Assembly (NCBI GenBank): GCA_001643675.2
Contig: LSRY02000007.1
Location: 1,550,001 to 1,614,000, forward strand
Origin: Monocercomonoides exilis PA203
Lineage: Eukaryota; Protista; Preaxostyla
DNA length: 64,000 nt
Direction: 5' to 3'
The notes below the pieces were generated by a model. That model had not been told where the DNA came from. It saw only the letters and a list, made by a program, of their open reading frames with translations, and did not search any database. The position numbers and the translations under genes are program-made. Shown one piece after another: positions 59,945 to 64,000 of this stretch. Every line of letters begins with the position of its first letter. Position 1 is the stretch's first letter.

Positions 59945-62760
59945 AAAAATATTGTGGAAGAGGCGGTTGGTGTGAACATGTGGGAAATGCAATTGTTGCA
60001 GATAAGGAACGTTGTTGTGTGAAGGGCTGTGCTGCTTAGGGTGTTGTGCATCCCTCCGATGCTGCAATATCGGTGATGTTTTCAGTTCTGCTGGTGGCGC
60101 AGCTTCCGTCGCTTGACGCATCGGTTGGCACGAAGTCATTGAACAAGATGATCTTTGTGGCAATAGATGCGAATGCGTTCCCGTCGATCTACTATCTGTT
60201 TGAAATATCGCTGCAGATGTGGTGACAGCCGCAGTCGAGGTGTGTAGTGGTGAAGTGGGGAAGATTGTGGAGAAGGTGCTGGACGCTGCGAGGCTGAGGA
60301 TGAAGGATGTCGTTCTATTAAAGCAGCGATTACACTGACGGTGCTGGGGGATCGAGAAGAGGAAGAGGTTATTGTGGATAAAGAGGAATATAAACAAAAA
60401 GGGTGTGGTGCTCATATTTGTTATACCAGGAGGAAGGCTGACGAGTCGTGCGCTGATCCTTAAGGGTGAGATAAGTAAACGACATGTGTGCTTAGCGGAT
60501 ACGCGGTTTGTGACTGTGCTGGACGAGCCTAACATGCAGCTGTTTGGAAGCAAGGCAGCGATATGTGTTCACACACAGAAATATGGCGGAAGCACAACTC
60601 AGAAGAGGTAACCGGCATTGGAGACGCGCGATATTCTTGTGCCACATACGAAATGGGGCAGTGAAGAAATGAAGCAGGTCGCTGTGGAAGACTTGGCTAT
60701 TGTGTTTTGAATACTTGTTGAAGGGTACAAGCACAAAAAAGAGGATTGCGAGTTTGACCGTATGATCTTCATCAACCGGAAGGAGTTGTTGTATCATGCG
60801 AACACACACATCCAGTCGCACACTAATATGTTATGCTGTGAAGTTGCATCTTCCGTTGGGAGGTCTACGCTTCACTCTGTTAAGAAGACGTTGAAAACTG
60901 CAGAGGGAATTGATGCGACGTAGCAGAGAACAAAAGGAGCAAGCAGGCAACTTTAAGGAGACTCTAAATAACTGCCCAGCTATAATGCGTGAACATGTGT
61001 CTGGGAGTGTGTTTGCGGGGGTGTTTGATGCAGAGACGAAGCTTATGGGACTGGTAGAGGAGAAGCAGGCAGAGTGGCAAGCTGCAAAAGTGGCAGTGTC
61101 GTTCTATGAATCGGTCAAGAGATTGATCCCGTTGCAAGAATACATCCTGCGAAGGCAGATGTCAGCAGAGCAGCTGGTGAACACACTGTATGCACAGCCA
61201 GCATTGATGCATAGTGTTGTTACGCAGGAGACTTGAAGAAGAAGGAAAAAGTATTTGAAGGAAACGCAATTAATGGAGGAGCAGTAAGCGGATCGATGAT
61301 GACAGACATGATGGTAAGGAAGAGGAAGAAGATGATGATGAAGGGAGCGATGGAAGGGAGAATGGAAGGAGCGCAAAATTAAAGGAGAAGTGTTTCAGAC
61401 TGGAAGAACATCGACTTTTTGAAGGAGACGACGATAGTTGCGTTGAAAAAGCACCATGGAAAGAGAAGAGGAGATGTGTGTGGTTATTCCGACTGAGGTG
61501 ATTGCAGGGAAGAAGTTGAGCACAGTGATTGGGGAAACGACAGACGATGAGCATGTGGTGGCGAAGGTAATGAAGGTGGATCTGAGTCTATATCGTGAGA
61601 GAATAAAAACTGAGAGAGAAGGAGAAGAGGAAGAGGTGAAAATAAATTCATCATCAACATCATCAAAATGTGTAAGTTCCAATTCTAATGGGAACATGTC
61701 TGTTGAAGTTTCATTGAAGAAAGCATATCTTTCACAGCATGTCGCAAGGAAGAAGATAAACGATCTGCAGATATCAACATATGAAAGTTACAGTAGTTTC
61801 AGATGAAGAATTCATCTGCTGAAGTGTATGATGAAGGCGAAGGCAAAGAAGAATGATGGAGATGAGGCAAAAGTGAGGGCATTTCATTCGTTGAGTGATG
61901 CACTTGATGTGCCGTACAAGTTAGTTGATGTTGAAGAAAATGAAGACAATTAAGAAGGAGAAGGGAAGAAGATGAAATTTAGAGAGCTTTGTGATCGAAA
62001 CAGCGGATTTGTGTGTGAGGAGACGATTGTTCTGCTGTTCAAAAAGGCTCAAAAATTCTTTGCAAAAGCGAATCGGTCGTGTTTGGTTAACAAAAAGGAA
62101 AAAAAGGTGATTAACCACTATTTGCTTGATTCAGAAGATTTGGAGCTGTTTGAGGAATATGTAGAGCTCACTTTATTTGCTCGACTGAATTCAGTGAAGC
62201 ATATTTTTGCGTTCGTGCGGATAGTGGAGTTGAAACAGAAGTCGAAGATAAGTGAAGAAGGAGAAGGAGAAGGAGGAGAAGGAAGAGAAGGAGAATTCAC
62301 AGTGGAAGAGAAGAAGGTTCAGATGGAGGAGCTTATGACAACAGCACAAGCAATGAGTTGATGTAGATTTTTACATGTTGTTTAACAGATCGCATCATAT
62401 TTCTGATGCAGAAGCTGTCTGTTCTGCCCCCCTGTCCAGTGACATTCCAGTCGAAGTTCTTCATTTCTCCGCTTTTACCAGCGGACTTGCTGAAGCAAAA
62501 ATGAATAAAGCAAACGAGCTGGAAAAGAGAAACGAAAAAATTGTGGAGAAAAAAGGCAGCGTAGATGAGGCGACGGAGCAGAAGAGGATGGTAAGAGAAG
62601 GAGAAGGCGATGAGAGAAGATGTGGATTTTCCGCTTATGAAGAAGTATTGTTGCATTTTGGGTCTTGAAAGAAGGAAGAGAATGTGACAGATTTGTGGTT
62701 AATGGGGCAGTTGTGTCGTGGGAAAGTTATGATTCGAGCATTACGTGCTTTTTAAAATGT
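59945..62760 (+). pseudogene. Decayed protein-coding sequence of unknown family
   Basis: GC/purine-rich coding-like DNA with successive short protein-like + ORFs (60372, 60910, 61456, 61972, 62375) broken by stops and frameshifts, without AT-rich intron-like gaps. Confidence 0.55.
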
Positions 62761-62769
62761 GTTTGCGGG

Positions 62770-63660
62770 TGAGTGGGGAGATGCTGATGATGCTGTTGGA
62801 GGAAATTCAATAATAATTTCTGCAGCTAGTTTCTGCATTTCAGTTAACGTTGAACCTTCTTCAACTAGGCACTAAGACTATGAATAAAAATCATCTATTT
62901 CCGCTTCGCTTCAGAACGGCCTTTTCGTGCGTAAACATTCGCTCTTTTAATTCGTTGCATTTGGCTTCTGTAATGTTTTTGGCTTCTTCTGGTCTTGAAC
63001 ACAACTTTTCCTCGCCAAGTCAGTCGGAAGGTGTGAAGAGAAAATGACTCTCTCATCAGCCATCTGTTTCATCGAGTAATTCTTCACTTGTGCTTGAACT
63101 CTTTCTTCCGTTGTAATAGAAAGGAATGAAGTTGATCTTTCAATTCCATGAAAGGCTCGAACAAAAACATTCAGCGATTCTTTGTTCGTTGATAATTACA
63201 AAAATTACAATAAAGACGAGATCATTTTTGCACTGTTCACATTTTCCATTTGCGATATCTCATTCTGAACATTGATCAGCTCTGTGGTGAACGCTCTTTC
63301 TGATGATTGCTAACTTCCAGAAGTAATGTTCAGTCTGCTTATCTGCATCTCTCCTGTTCCACTTATCTCAACATTCTTGAATCACGATTATTTGAATGGA
63401 TTGGATCATGCACAAAGGGCAAGGTTATTTACGGTCAATATTCCCGCTGATACAAAAAAAAGAGACAACCCATATGTTTCTAATTCAATTTGGGCTGTTG
63501 TACTCAAATGGCTTTGGCCATTTATTGAGAAAATATTAAAATTGCAGTCTGCGCTTTTTGTTTCTGAAATCGTACCTGTGAGTATCTCTATATCAGAAAC
63601 ATATTCTGGAATCAGCTGAGTGTGAAAGCAGATGATCATGTTGCTGGATGGCTTTCATCC
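62770..63660 (-). pseudogene. Relic fragment(s) of the giant surface-protein family
   Basis: ELETYGLSLFFVSAGILTVNNLALCA*...NVEISGTGEMQISRLNITSGS* resembles the LF-x-x-x-x-G-x-L-T-V/I beta-strand pattern of the giant genes. Multiple stops. Confidence 0.45.
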
Positions 63661-64000
63661 CGTACGCACACATATATATCAATAACAATAGATTATGTTT
63701 CGTTCAAAGAAAAATAAATCTGATTTTTCCGAAATTATTTCGAAGCCATTCACTTTTATCAACAATTTTTGAATAATTTGTTCTGATTCTATTTCCAATT
63801 TGCCTTGCTAAATAGCAGATGAAATCAATGTTGTTTGATGTCTAATTATGGAGGGAAATATCATGGCCCCCTGAAATGCATGTTATATTACGAAAGAACA
63901 GTAAAAATTAATAAATGTTCTGAAATAATAATTATAATAATTAAAAATTCAGACAGAACCTTCTCTTCTTATCGAACAACAACTCCATAATAAAAAATAT

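Overview
Eukaryotic, gene-dense window with short AT-rich GT-AG introns and the standard genetic code (genes end in TAA or TGA). Gene families and style suggest an oxymonad metamonad such as Monocercomonoides; this is inference. Housekeeping or conserved genes: an importin-beta-family HEAT protein, a two-RRM SR-like protein, casein kinase 1 with a huge Ser-rich tail, a SPRY-like protein, CCT6, dynein light chain LC1/DNAL1, a probable propeller-solenoid-zinc-finger trafficking protein, an MRH-domain type I membrane protein, a PP1-like phosphatase and alanine aminotransferase. Two giant intronless Pmp-like surface-protein genes are built from ~390-aa CG-x5-C modules; the complete one ends in a TM helix plus a kinase C-lobe-only domain. 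There is a nest of six inverted-repeat (MITE/foldback) elements at 16.5-20.7 kb, a full-length Merlin/IS1595-type transposon with an 8-bp TSD, and decayed pseudogenes at the right end. The most unusual pattern is a recurring coding-strand composition wave: AT-rich for the first ~1 kb after the ATG, then purine-rich, then pyrimidine-rich, oscillating in long genes. It appears to rewrite protein sequence. Composition boundaries and exon structures were judged by eye.
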